Origin: Acidimicrobiia bacterium
GTDB lineage: Bacteria; Actinomycetota; Acidimicrobiia; Spongiisociales; UBA5794
Direction: 5' to 3'
DNA length: 64,000 nt
Assembly: GCA_030066265.1 (NCBI GenBank)
Contig: JASJCF010000011.1
Location: 883 to 64,882, forward strand
Position numbers and translations under genes: made by a program. Shown here in pieces: positions 37,128 to 46,803 of this stretch. A model generated the notes under the pieces. The model made no database searches and had not been told where the DNA came from. It was given only the letters and a program-made list of their open reading frames with translations. Every line of letters starts with the position of its first letter. Positions within the stretch are counted from its first letter, which is position 1.

Positions 37128-38491
37128 CGGAGCTCGCCTACCTCGCCGCCGGCGTCTTGTTCATCGTGGGCCTGAAGGGTCTCACCTCGCCGACCACGGC
37201 GCGTCGTGGCAATCGCCTGGCGGCGCTCGGCATGCTGCTGGCCGTGATCGTCGTCGTGGTGGACCTCATCGTGGACGACGTCGCTGCTGCCTGGGCGGTG
37301 GTCATCGCCGGCCTCATCGTCGGCGGTGCCATCGGGTTCATCCTGGCGACCCGTGTGCAGATGACCGACATGCCCCAGCTCGTTGCTGCATTCAACGGGT
37401 TCGGAGGTGGCGCATCGGCCCTCGTCGCATCGGCAGCCATCGTGGCCGCAGGATCCGGCGTCGCCACCGAAACGGCGGTCGTCACGGTGCTCTCGCTGGT
37501 GATCGGAGCCGTCACGCTCAGTGGCTCGTTCGTCGCCTTCGGGAAGCTGCAGGGAATCATCGCCGGCCGCCCGATCTCCCCCCCTGGCGGCACGGCGACA
37601 AACGGGGTCATCGCCGCCCTCACGGTGATCGCCGGGATCGCCGCCGTGGCAACCGGCGAGGACGTCTGGTACTGGGTCGCCGGAGGGCTCGCCCTCGTAC
37701 TCGGTGTTTCCGCAGTGATGCCGATCGGTGGTGCCGACATGCCCGTCGTTATCTCGCTGCTCAACTCCCTGTCGGGTGTCGCCGCGGCGATGGCCGGCTT
37801 CGTCATCGGGAACCAGGCTCTCATCGTCGGAGGCGCGCTCGTTGGAGCGGCAGGGTTCATCCTCACGGTCGAGATGTCCGTCGCCATGAACCGGTCACTC
37901 GCCAACATCCTCTTCTCGGGGTTCGGTGGGGCGCCGGTGTCCGACGACATCGGCACCAAGCCCGTGAAGCGTGCCACCGCCGATGACGCCGCCATCGCCC
38001 TCGCCTATGCGGACAAGGTCGCCGTGGTACCGGGGTATGGCCTCGCCGTCGCTCAGGCCCAACATGCCGTCAAGGACCTCGCCTCAGCGCTCGAGGAGCG
38101 CGGGATCGACGTGTACTACGCCATCCACCCGGTGGCTGGGAGGATGCCGGGCCACATGAACGTGCTCCTCGCAGAGGCGGACGTGCCCTACGACCAGCTG
38201 TACGACCTGGACCAGGCGAATCCCCAACTGACCCAGACCGACGTAGTCCTCGTCCTGGGAGCAAACGACGTCATCAACCCGTCCGCCAAGGACGATCCGG
38301 ACTCCCCGATCTACGGCATGCCGATCCTCGACGTCGACGAGGCAACGACGACCATCGTCGTCAAGAGAAGCCTCTCCCCGGGCTTCGCCGGCATCGACAA
38401 CCCGCTGTTCTACGAGGACGGGACCCTGATGTACTTCGCAGATGCGAAGCAGGCGCTCGAAGAGACACTCTCGGCCGTGGAACGCCTCTAG
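37124..38491 (+). CDS. pntB: NAD(P) transhydrogenase beta subunit
   Basis: N-terminal TM bundle and C-terminal dIII 'VAVVPGYGLAVAQAQHAV...LVLGANDVINP'. GTG start overlaps the upstream stop (GTGA). Confidence 0.85.
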   Translation: MTELAYLAAGVLFIVGLKGLTSPTTARRGNRLAALGMLLAVIVVVVDLIVDDVAAAWAVVIAGLIVGGAIGFILATRVQMTDMPQLVAAFNGFGGGASALVASAAIVAAGSGVATETAVVTVLSLVIGAVTLSGSFVAFGKLQGIIAGRPISPPGGTATNGVIAALTVIAGIAAVATGEDVWYWVAGGLALVLGVSAVMPIGGADMPVVISLLNSLSGVAAAMAGFVIGNQALIVGGALVGAAGFILTVEMSVAMNRSLANILFSGFGGAPVSDDIGTKPVKRATADDAAIALAYADKVAVVPGYGLAVAQAQHAVKDLASALEERGIDVYYAIHPVAGRMPGHMNVLLAEADVPYDQLYDLDQANPQLTQTDVVLVLGANDVINPSAKDDPDSPIYGMPILDVDEATTTIVVKRSLSPGFAGIDNPLFYEDGTLMYFADAKQALEETLSAVERL

Positions 38492-39097
38492 ATGGAGCTC
38501 CTCGACCTCCTGAGTCGACGACGCATGGTGCGCGCCTACACCGACGCACCCGTGACGGCCGCACAACTCGCCCGGATCACGTCCGCAGGATCCCGCGCCC
38601 CGTCGGCAGGTGCGGCCCAGGGCCAACGCTTCGTCATCGTCACCAGCCCCGAGGTCATCTCGGCGTTGGCAGACGCAGCGAACGAGGAGCACTACACCGC
38701 CCGCGGATACCCGGCATGGCTCTCATCGGCCCCTGCCCACATCGCCGTGTGCGTCGACCCGACTGCCTACGCCGAGCGGTATCGCCGTGACGACAAGAAG
38801 ACGTCGGCGGTGGCTGATGAGGCGACCGGCGAGTGGGCCGTGCCGTACTGGTGGGTCGATGCCGGCGCGTCGCTGATGGCGATCCTGCTCGCCGCCGTCG
38901 ATGAGGGACTGGCCTCCGGGTTCCTCGGAGCGCATGCGATCCCCGATGCGAAGCGCATCCTCTCGATTCCCGACGAGGTGGAGTTCGTCGGGCTCGTGAC
39001 GGTGGGCCATCCTGCGCCCGAAGCACCTCGTCCGCCAACCCGACGCGGCGTCGGGGTGAGCGACGCCATCGTCCATCACGACGTCTGGACGACCTGA
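38492..39097 (+). CDS. Nitroreductase-family protein
   Basis: 'RRRMVRAYTDAPVTAAQLARITSAGSRAPSAG...QRFVIV' is the nitroreductase fold N-terminus. The ATG directly abuts the pntB stop. Confidence 0.7.
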   Translation: MELLDLLSRRRMVRAYTDAPVTAAQLARITSAGSRAPSAGAAQGQRFVIVTSPEVISALADAANEEHYTARGYPAWLSSAPAHIAVCVDPTAYAERYRRDDKKTSAVADEATGEWAVPYWWVDAGASLMAILLAAVDEGLASGFLGAHAIPDAKRILSIPDEVEFVGLVTVGHPAPEAPRPPTRRGVGVSDAIVHHDVWTT

Positions 39098-39098
39098 G

Positions 39099-40151
39099 TC
39101 ACCGCCCGACCGCTCGCAAGGCCTGGTCGAGATCTGCGACGAGATCCTCGACGTCTTCGATGCCGATCGACATGCGGACCAGGCCGGGATCGGTCTCCGG
39201 ATCGGATCGAACCCGGTGCTCGGCGAGGGACTCCACGCCCCCGAGCGACGTGGCGACGGTGAACACGCCGAGGGCAGTCAGGAATCCATCAGCGGTGTCT
39301 GCATCGCCGAGGTCGATCGACATCAGCGATCCCATCGATCGCATCTGCCGTTTCGCGACGTCGTGCCCGGGATGAGAGGCGAGGCCCGGATACCACGTGC
39401 GAATGGCCCGCTCGTCGACGAACGCGGCGATCAGCTGTGCCGATGCCGCAGCCCGTTCCTGGCGGAGGGGCAAGGTCCGCACACCCCGCAAGGCGAGCCA
39501 GGCATCGAGGCTGCCAGGCACCGACCCGTGGACCACTCGCTCATCCCGCAGACCTTCGGCCTCCTCGGTGTCACTGACGACGACCAGGCCGGCGAGCGCA
39601 TCCGAATGCCCGGCGATGGCTTTCGTGGCCGAGTGCATCACGACATCGGCCCCGAAGGCCAACGGGTTCATGCCCGCAGGAGTGGCAAACGTGGCGTCAC
39701 ACACCACGATTGCCCCCACCGCATGTGCGTTTGCCGCAACGTCCTCGAGGTCGGTGATCTGACACGTCGGGTTCGACGGGGTCTCGACCCACCAGATGTC
39801 ACCCTCGCCGAGGCCACTGGGATCGGTGATCTCGAGCCTGCCCGCACCTCGTTCGCGCTCCATGAGGTCCCGCACGCCGTGATACACCTCCGGCAGCACG
39901 ATGCGATCGGGCCGGTATCGACTCACGATGGCGGATGCCGCCGCCATACCGGACGAGTAGGCGACAGCCGAGCCTCCTTCGAGGGCCCCGATCACCGCCT
40001 CGAGCCGCTCGGTCGTCTCATGACTCGACCTCCGGTAGCGCCTCCCGGTGTCCTCCTGGAAGGTGGTGGACGGCCTGATGGGTGGGGCGACGTCAGGCGA
40101 TTCCGCCAGAGACCGGTCGGCATGGATGCTGGTGGTGGATCGCCCGGGCAC
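39099..40151 (-). CDS. Cys/Met-metabolism PLP enzyme (cystathionine gamma-synthase/beta-lyase family)
   Basis: PLP-lysine region 'VVMHSATKAIAGHSDALAGLVVV' and the 'TFATP...NPLAFGADV' pattern of the MetB/MetC family. Confidence 0.8.
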   Translation of the reverse strand: MPGRSTTSIHADRSLAESPDVAPPIRPSTTFQEDTGRRYRRSSHETTERLEAVIGALEGGSAVAYSSGMAAASAIVSRYRPDRIVLPEVYHGVRDLMERERGAGRLEITDPSGLGEGDIWWVETPSNPTCQITDLEDVAANAHAVGAIVVCDATFATPAGMNPLAFGADVVMHSATKAIAGHSDALAGLVVVSDTEEAEGLRDERVVHGSVPGSLDAWLALRGVRTLPLRQERAAASAQLIAAFVDERAIRTWYPGLASHPGHDVAKRQMRSMGSLMSIDLGDADTADGFLTALGVFTVATSLGGVESLAEHRVRSDPETDPGLVRMSIGIEDVEDLVADLDQALRAVGR

Positions 40152-40248
40152 GCTGCGATTCTATTGGACGCCGCCTCGACATCCACGACTGCCGGTGATG
40201 CCTCCGTGACCGGGTAGCATCCCGGCCACCGTCGAGAACTACGGAGCC

Positions 40249-41397
40249 ATGAACCTCTCCCTGACCTCCCGAAACCCATACGACCCGCCCATCGAGTTCG
40301 TCGAGCGCAAAGGCATTGGTCACCCCGACACCATCTGCGACCGACTCGCCGAGGAATTGGCGTGCCAACTCGCCGACGAGTACCGAACCCACACCGGCGC
40401 CGTGCGCCACTTCAACGTGGACAAAGCGATCCTCGCCGCAGGCGCGGTGGACATCGGATTCGGTGGCGGCGAGCACATCAAGCCGTCCAAGCTCGTGCTC
40501 GTCGGCAAGGCGACCTATGGCTTCGATTGGCAACCCGACGTCGAATCGTTGGCCAAGCAGTACCACGCCCGCCTCCTCGAGTTGCTCCCCGACGCCACGC
40601 CCGAGGCATTCGATGTCGAGGTCTGGCTGAACCACTCGTCGTCCGATCTCGCTGCCGTGGTGCATGCCGAGGAGATCGCACCGCTTGCGAATGACACCTC
40701 GTTCGCCGCTGTCTCCGCTCCCAGATCGACGCTCGAGTCCATCGTGCACGACGTCGAGCGGCACCTGAACACCGACGGCTATCGCGCCGGGAACCCCATC
40801 GGGCGCGACATCAAGGTCATGGGTGCTCGGGAGGGGAACGACATCACCATCACGATCGCGTGCCCCGTCCTGGCAACCAAGGTCTCCAACCGGGGTGAGT
40901 ACGACGAGGTGGTCGCAAGGGTCCAGTCCGACGCCACCGAGGTGGCATCGGCCATCGCCGGGCGTCCCGTCACGGTTCGGGTCAACCAGGCGGACCAGGA
41001 GGATTCGGCCTACCTCACCCTCACCGGCACCTCCGCCGAGGCGGGTGACGACGGTCAGGTCGGTCGCGGGAACCGCTTCGGCGGGCTCATCACGCCATAT
41101 CGACCGATGAGTCTCGAGGCCGCTGCCGGGAAGAACCCCGCATCCCACGTCGGCAAGACCTATCACGCGATCGGCTACGACATCAGCCGGAGGCTGCTCG
41201 CCGAGACGGACACGTCGGACGTGACGCTGCGACTGCTGTCGTCGATCGGCCACCTCGTCACCGAGCCCCAAGCGGTCCACGTCGAAGTGGCGGGAACGGT
41301 CGATGAGCGTCAGGTGGAACAGATCAGCGCGGAGTGCTTCGATGACTGGGCCGCTGTCACGGATCGATTGATCGCAGGCGAGTACGAGCTCTTCTAG
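40249..41397 (+). CDS. Archaeal-type S-adenosylmethionine synthetase (MAT, PF01941-like)
   Basis: It is colinear with the archaeal MAT family: '[13 protein letters not shown]', '[13 protein letters not shown]', '[10 protein letters not shown]', and '[52 protein letters not shown]'. In Methanocaldococcus MAT, as recalled from memory, the corresponding motifs are ERKGLGHPDSICD ... [45 protein letters not shown]. It is not the bacterial MetK type. Confidence 0.8.
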   Translation: MNLSLTSRNPYDPPIEFVERKGIGHPDTICDRLAEELACQLADEYRTHTGAVRHFNVDKAILAAGAVDIGFGGGEHIKPSKLVLVGKATYGFDWQPDVESLAKQYHARLLELLPDATPEAFDVEVWLNHSSSDLAAVVHAEEIAPLANDTSFAAVSAPRSTLESIVHDVERHLNTDGYRAGNPIGRDIKVMGAREGNDITITIACPVLATKVSNRGEYDEVVARVQSDATEVASAIAGRPVTVRVNQADQEDSAYLTLTGTSAEAGDDGQVGRGNRFGGLITPYRPMSLEAAAGKNPASHVGKTYHAIGYDISRRLLAETDTSDVTLRLLSSIGHLVTEPQAVHVEVAGTVDERQVEQISAECFDDWAAVTDRLIAGEYELF

Positions 41398-42630
41398 GTG
41401 GCCGCACTGATCGATCGGGCGAAGGCGGCTGATGCCGCCGATCAGCTCAACCAGTACCGGGACCGGTTCGCCCTCGATCCCGGTCTCATCTACCTCGACG
41501 GCAACTCGCTGGGCCCGCCTCCCGCAGACGTGATCGGCGAGGTCGCTCCCGCCGTGGTGTCGGAGTGGGCCCGTGAGCTCGTCATGGGTTGGGACTCGTG
41601 GATCGATCTCGGATTGTCGATCGGAGACGAGCTCGCTCCCATCCTCGGCGCACGCCCGGGCGAGGTGGCGTTGACAGACCAGACCTCGGTCAACCTGTAC
41701 AAGCTGGCGACCGCTGCCCTGCGGAGCACCGATGGACGCGTCATCGTCACCGAGGCGGGGAACTTCCCGTCCGACCGCTACGTGCTCGCAGCGGTGGCAG
41801 CCGCCGAAGGCGGCCGGCTCCTCGAGATCCCTGACGCATCAGATCTCGATCACGTGTCGGCTGTCGTCGACGACACGGTCGGCCTGGTCGCCCTCTCGCA
41901 TGTCGACTACCGCACCGGAGCCCTCCACGACGCATCGACGATCACCGACCTCGTGCATCGCCGCGGCGCGATGGTGTTGTGGGACCTCGCCCACTCGGCG
42001 GGTGCCGTACCGGTCGAACTCGCAGACGGAGAGGTCGACCTCGCCGTCGGGTGCACGTACAAGTACCTCAACGGCGGGCCCGGGGCACCCGGGTACCTCT
42101 ACGTCCGCTCGGCGCTCCAGACCGACCTCCGCCAGCCGATCGAGGCCTGGTTCGGACACGCCGACCAGTTTGCGTTCGCCGACGGGTTCGATCCGGCGCC
42201 GTCGATTCGGAGGTTCCAGACCGGAACGCCACCGGTCCTTTCCCTCCTCTGCGCGCGAGCAGGGATCGACGTGACCGCCTCGGCAGGCATCGACCGCATC
42301 CGCGCCAAGAACGTGTCCCTCACGTCGTTGTTCCTCGACGCAGTGGCATCGGCGAACTCGGCGAGCGAGTTGCGGATCGTGACCCCGCGAGAGCCGGACC
42401 GTCGCGGTGCGCACGTCGCCGTCAGCCACCCGAAGGCGTACCAGATCAGCCAGGCACTTCGATCCCAGCGGATCATCGTCGACTACCGGGCTCCCGATCT
42501 TCTGCGCTTCGGATTCGCCTCGCTGTACAACAGCCACGAGGAGGCCGTCCGGGCGGCGGAGGCCCTCGACGGAGTCATCGCCTCCCGGGCATGGGAACGA
42601 CACCCACCGCAGCGGTCAGGGGTCACCTGA
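41398..42630 (+). CDS. kynU: Kynureninase
   Basis: 'IYLDGNSLGPPP' and the PLP fold 'CTYKYLNGGPGAPGYLYV' (Lys in KYLN). 410 aa. Confidence 0.8.
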   Translation: MAALIDRAKAADAADQLNQYRDRFALDPGLIYLDGNSLGPPPADVIGEVAPAVVSEWARELVMGWDSWIDLGLSIGDELAPILGARPGEVALTDQTSVNLYKLATAALRSTDGRVIVTEAGNFPSDRYVLAAVAAAEGGRLLEIPDASDLDHVSAVVDDTVGLVALSHVDYRTGALHDASTITDLVHRRGAMVLWDLAHSAGAVPVELADGEVDLAVGCTYKYLNGGPGAPGYLYVRSALQTDLRQPIEAWFGHADQFAFADGFDPAPSIRRFQTGTPPVLSLLCARAGIDVTASAGIDRIRAKNVSLTSLFLDAVASANSASELRIVTPREPDRRGAHVAVSHPKAYQISQALRSQRIIVDYRAPDLLRFGFASLYNSHEEAVRAAEALDGVIASRAWERHPPQRSGVT

Positions 42631-42646
42631 ACGTCACACCTGAACG

Positions 42647-43519
42647 TCACAGGTGGGTCCTCGGGGCGGTTCGAGGCCCGCGACGGGGAGCGTGGACGTG
42701 CTCTTGCACGAGCGCGACCATGACATGGCGGCGAAAGGGGCGATAGGGAGCCAGCAACTCGAGCATGCGCTCGTCGGTCCCGCGCTCCTCGCCGGCGAGC
42801 GCCCAAGCGACGGTGTTGGGGAGGTGATAGTCACCCACCTGGACCGCATCGCGATCTCCCCACGACTCCCCCATCACACCGGCCGCCGTCCAGGGGCCGA
42901 CACCCCGAATCGCCAGGAGCCGCCGGTAGGCATCGTCACGATCCATCGACAGGATCTCGCTCAGCCGCTGCGAACGCCGGCTCACTTCGATCAGCGCCTC
43001 GGCCCGCTTCCGCTCGATGCCACATCGGTGGAGATCCTCGTACGAAAGGCCTGCGATCACGTCGGGGGCCGGGATGGCTCGCATCGGCCGGGGACCCGGA
43101 GCCGGCGACCCGTACGCACGGATGAGGTCTCGAAGGCTTCGCGTGGACTCGGGCCTGGTCACCACCTGTTCGAGGATGGTCTTGACGAGCGATCCGTGGA
43201 CGTCTCCCGTTGCTCCGAGCCGCAGCCCGGACACCCGCTTGAGGACCGTCGCTGCCGGCCCCGTGGCATCACTCGCCCGAAAAGGATCGTCGCTGCCGAC
43301 CATCGTCGGAAGCCTGTCCATCACCTCATCGACGCCGTCCCCCCACCCCGAGGCCACCACAGCGTCGTGTTCGGAACGCACAGCCACCGTCGCCGGACCC
43401 TTGGACGTGCTCGTCGCCCACCACCACCATCCCTGCCGGTCGAACGATCCCGCACCCAGGGCGCGCAGTGTCCGGCTCAACGAGAACGGGTCCGAAACCG
43501 CAAGACGTCTCACCAGCAC
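42647..43519 (-). CDS. DNA-3-methyladenine glycosylase II (AlkA-like, HhH-GPD)
   Basis: HhH-GPD motif 'LLAIRGVGPWTAAGVMGESWGDRDAVQVGDYHL' with the catalytic Asp, plus an AlkA-type N-terminal domain. The start is uncertain (GTG 43519 proposed); it must lie below 43598 where the divergent gene begins. Confidence 0.65.
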   Translation of the reverse strand: MLVRRLAVSDPFSLSRTLRALGAGSFDRQGWWWWATSTSKGPATVAVRSEHDAVVASGWGDGVDEVMDRLPTMVGSDDPFRASDATGPAATVLKRVSGLRLGATGDVHGSLVKTILEQVVTRPESTRSLRDLIRAYGSPAPGPRPMRAIPAPDVIAGLSYEDLHRCGIERKRAEALIEVSRRSQRLSEILSMDRDDAYRRLLAIRGVGPWTAAGVMGESWGDRDAVQVGDYHLPNTVAWALAGEERGTDERMLELLAPYRPFRRHVMVALVQEHVHAPRRGPRTAPRTHL

Positions 43520-43597
43520 GCTCGCACCGTACCGGCTCGCAGACGGGTCGACGGCGAGTGTTTGGCTAAGGCGACGCAAACGACCAACATCCCACTC

Positions 43598-44527
43598 ATG
43601 GCAGGACTGGTGATCGTCGGCGCCGGGCCCATCGGCACGATGGCGGCAGAGGCGGCCGTCGACGACGGGGCTGTCGACCAGATCGTGGGGGTCGTGGATC
43701 CCGATCCACGGGCCCGGCGAGAGTTGGTCGCGGCAACCGGCGCGCCGGGGTACACGTCGACGGTCGAACTGCCGCCCGCGACGCCCGGCGACGCAGCGTT
43801 GGTGGCCTTCGCCTCTGCAGCGGAGAAGGTCGCGCCCGAGGTGATCCGGCTGGTCTCCGCCGGCTACGACGTGGTCACGACCTGTGAAGGCCTCGCCTGG
43901 GCACCACGCCACCTGTGGGATGCCATGCACACGTCTGCGAGATCAGACGGCAGGACGATCATCGTCACCGGTACCAACCCCGGATTCGTGATGGATCGAC
44001 TTCCTCTCCTCGTCGCAGGGGCGAGCCGAAAGATCACCCGCATCCACGTGGAGCGACACCAGGACACCTCCGACCGACGACCGTCGCTCGTCGCCAAGTC
44101 CGGCAGAGGGCTGTCGCAAACGGAGTTCGCCGAGGGCGTCCGGAGCGGCCGCGTCGGCGCAAAGGGCCTCGACTCGAGCGCTCGCCTCATCGCTCGCGGC
44201 CTCGAATGGCCGTTCAACGACGTCTTCGTGACGATCGAGCCGGTTCTCGACGGCGACGCCGTCATCGGCGCGGCGCACCACGCTCGCCTCTCCGCGGGCC
44301 CCGGGCGCGAGATCGTCCTCGACCTCGTGATGGCGTGGGGCATCGAGCCGACGTTCGAACGCATCACGATCGACGGGATCCCACCGATCCGAATGGAGAC
44401 CATCGGTGGGCTGCCGGGAGACGAGGCCACGGTCGCGCACGTGGTCGGGGCGCTGCGCCGGCTCGGAACCCTCGCACCGGGCTTCTATCGCCCGACGGAC
44501 ATACCGATCCGGTACGGCGTGTCGTGA
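43598..44527 (+). CDS. DapB-like NAD(P)-dependent oxidoreductase (dihydrodipicolinate reductase/amine dehydrogenase family)
   Basis: 'GLVIVGAGPIGTMAAEAAV' Rossmann motif and 'IIVTGTNPGFVMDRLPLLV' of the DapB-N/C fold. Exact function unknown. Confidence 0.5.
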   Translation: MAGLVIVGAGPIGTMAAEAAVDDGAVDQIVGVVDPDPRARRELVAATGAPGYTSTVELPPATPGDAALVAFASAAEKVAPEVIRLVSAGYDVVTTCEGLAWAPRHLWDAMHTSARSDGRTIIVTGTNPGFVMDRLPLLVAGASRKITRIHVERHQDTSDRRPSLVAKSGRGLSQTEFAEGVRSGRVGAKGLDSSARLIARGLEWPFNDVFVTIEPVLDGDAVIGAAHHARLSAGPGREIVLDLVMAWGIEPTFERITIDGIPPIRMETIGGLPGDEATVAHVVGALRRLGTLAPGFYRPTDIPIRYGVS

Positions 44528-46803
44528 GCCGCCGGACGGTCCTGCGCACAGCCACCTCCTGTCTCGCTGCGGCGGTCCTGATGCTGTCGGCGGGCGCACC
44601 GGCTGCGGCGCAGTCGATCGATTGCGGTGAGTATCTCGGACTCGTGTGTGAGGGGGTGCTCACCGACGAGCCCGACGTGATCGTCGATCGAGCCCCGATC
44701 GAGGGCGAGATCCTGCGAGTCACCGACACCCACGGCAATCCCCTCGCCGTCGTGATCGCAACCGACTCGCGCGGTCAGGAACCCGTGGACTTCGCCGTGA
44801 ACGTCGCAAACGACTGGGGCGTCGGGGATCCGGTCGAGGAGAACGGCATCCTCGTCCTGGTCTCGGTCGAGGAACGCCGCACGGAGGTGGTCACGCAGGC
44901 CCAGGTGTCGATTCCCGGCACCGCCATCGCCAATGCCGGCAGGCCATTCTTCGGCGACGGGAACTTCGACGGTGGGGTTCTCGCCATCGTCGGCGCCATC
45001 GATACGGCCCTCTCCGGCGAGCCCGTTGCCGAGGAGAGCGAAGGCAGCGGCATCGTGGGGGGCATCCTCCTCGCGGGTGTCGTCGTCGGGCTCGGTGTGG
45101 CCGGCTTCGCCGCGTTCGTGAACCAGCGCCGCAACCGAGCCGAGGTGAAGCGCACGACGAGGAATCGTCGCATCGATCGTGCACTCGACAAGCTCAAGCC
45201 ACGTGGTGATGAGCTCGAGCTGACCTCGACGTTCGCCCGCGATGGACCTGATGGCCCCGACGTGACCACATCGGACGGCGTTGCGGGGCTGTTGGACCTC
45301 GAATCGAGGCGGGGCAAGGCGGTGCACGAGGATGTGGTGTCGGCGCTCGTCCGAGAGGATGCCGCCGGACTGATCGACAGCGATCGCCTGATCGAAGACA
45401 CGCGCGTCCCGCTCGAGTTGAAGGCGGGCGGAGAGCGCGCCATCCTCGAAGAGGGGCTCGACGGAGCCGTCGAGGAGGCCAAGGCCGTGCCTTTGTCGAA
45501 TGACGCGGCGTTCGACGTCGCCATCGGCGATCTCGAGAAGGTCGTGCAATCCCTCCGACCGCATCGAGTGGCAGCCGCTGTGCGCCGAGCCGCAGATTCA
45601 CTTGCGTCGGTGCTCGTGACGACGGCGATCGGCAAGGCGTACGTCACCCACCTGGGATCGCTGATCGTGCGTGCGTCCCCCGTCCTGGAGGGCACGATCC
45701 CACTGTCCGAGAGCGTGGACCAGGTTCGGACTGCCCATGCCGTTGCCGCCGACAAGGTCGATCGCATGACCCGTATCCGCAAGGCCATGTCCTCCTCGGA
45801 GACGAGAGATGTCGCCGCGCTCGCCCTCGCCGACGTGTCCGACGATGTCGACACCTCGCTCAGCGCCTATCAGACGACCCTCGACGAGCTCACCGAGCAG
45901 GGCCGATCGCTCATCGACGACGGGATCTCGCTACCCGCAGTTGCCGCCCTGCTGGTGATGAACAACTCCGCCAAGGACGTCAGCAAGTTCGTCCAGGGCT
46001 ACGGCCGACTCCGTCAGAGCTTCTCCCCCGGCATCGCCCTCGAGGGTGCGCTCGCCGGCCTGTTCACGGCCCCGGAGCTCCAGCGAGTCCGCGCTTCGGC
46101 GAAGGAGCTCGATCTCCCGGTCTCGATCGCCCTCGCCCTCGAGCGGCGACGGGACGATGGTGCTGCGGTCTATCGCCGTCTGCTCGAGCAGGTGTCGGTG
46201 ATCGCCGAGCCCGACGACGCCAGCGTGATCGCCGGCATGCTCGCGCTGTCGCTGGAGCCAGCGGTCGCTTACGAGCGCTGGGTCGACACCCGCAACGCCT
46301 TGACGGCGCTGGGCCTCGAGGGCTCCTACGTCGACGTGGCAGCGGCATTCGGTGCCTCCGACCCGCGCGGGCCGAAGGAGTTCGCACTCTCCTATGCAGC
46401 GCAGCGCTCGGCCCTGGAGGACTCCGGGCACGCCGATCTGACGCGGTACGCCCCGGAACTCGCACACGCAGGGACATCCCACCAGACCGACACGTGGACC
46501 GGACGTCCGCTCGGAACATCGCCTCGGGACTTCGATCCCTTCACCTTCTTCTATCTCCACTGGGCGGCTCGAAGTGGCAGGCCAGGAGGAGCGGGCTGGG
46601 ACTCCCTCTATCGGTCGCCCTCGTGGCAGGACGGCGGCTCGTCCTGGTGGGGCGGAGGACGCGGATTCGGTTCGGCCGGCGGGTCGTCGTGGGGTTCCGG
46701 GGGCTCCTCGTGGGGCGGCGGCGGGTTCTCAGGTGGCGGCTTCGGAGGCTTCGGCGGCGGAGGAGGCTTCGGCGGCGGAGGTGGGGGCGGAGGAGGGTGG
46801 TGA
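44524..46803 (+). CDS. TPM-domain (TLP18.3/Psb32/MOLO-1) membrane protein with a long helical central region and a poly-Gly C-terminal tail (YgcG/DUF2207-like)
   Basis: Tat-like signal 'SRRTVLRTATSCLAAAVLMLSAGAPAAAQS'. TPM core 'IATDSRGQEPVDFAVNVANDWGVGDPVEENGILVLVSVEERRTEVV...IPGTAIANAGRPFFGDGNFDGG'. One TM helix. About 400 aa of predicted helix. The tail is 'GGGRGFGSAGGSSWGSGGSSWGGGGFSGGGFGGFGGGGGFGGGGGGGGGW'. GTG start overlaps the upstream stop (GTGA). Confidence 0.65.
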   Translation: MSRRTVLRTATSCLAAAVLMLSAGAPAAAQSIDCGEYLGLVCEGVLTDEPDVIVDRAPIEGEILRVTDTHGNPLAVVIATDSRGQEPVDFAVNVANDWGVGDPVEENGILVLVSVEERRTEVVTQAQVSIPGTAIANAGRPFFGDGNFDGGVLAIVGAIDTALSGEPVAEESEGSGIVGGILLAGVVVGLGVAGFAAFVNQRRNRAEVKRTTRNRRIDRALDKLKPRGDELELTSTFARDGPDGPDVTTSDGVAGLLDLESRRGKAVHEDVVSALVREDAAGLIDSDRLIEDTRVPLELKAGGERAILEEGLDGAVEEAKAVPLSNDAAFDVAIGDLEKVVQSLRPHRVAAAVRRAADSLASVLVTTAIGKAYVTHLGSLIVRASPVLEGTIPLSESVDQVRTAHAVAADKVDRMTRIRKAMSSSETRDVAALALADVSDDVDTSLSAYQTTLDELTEQGRSLIDDGISLPAVAALLVMNNSAKDVSKFVQGYGRLRQSFSPGIALEGALAGLFTAPELQRVRASAKELDLPVSIALALERRRDDGAAVYRRLLEQVSVIAEPDDASVIAGMLALSLEPAVAYERWVDTRNALTALGLEGSYVDVAAAFGASDPRGPKEFALSYAAQRSALEDSGHADLTRYAPELAHAGTSHQTDTWTGRPLGTSPRDFDPFTFFYLHWAARSGRPGGAGWDSLYRSPSWQDGGSSWWGGGRGFGSAGGSSWGSGGSSWGGGGFSGGGFGGFGGGGGFGGGGGGGGGW

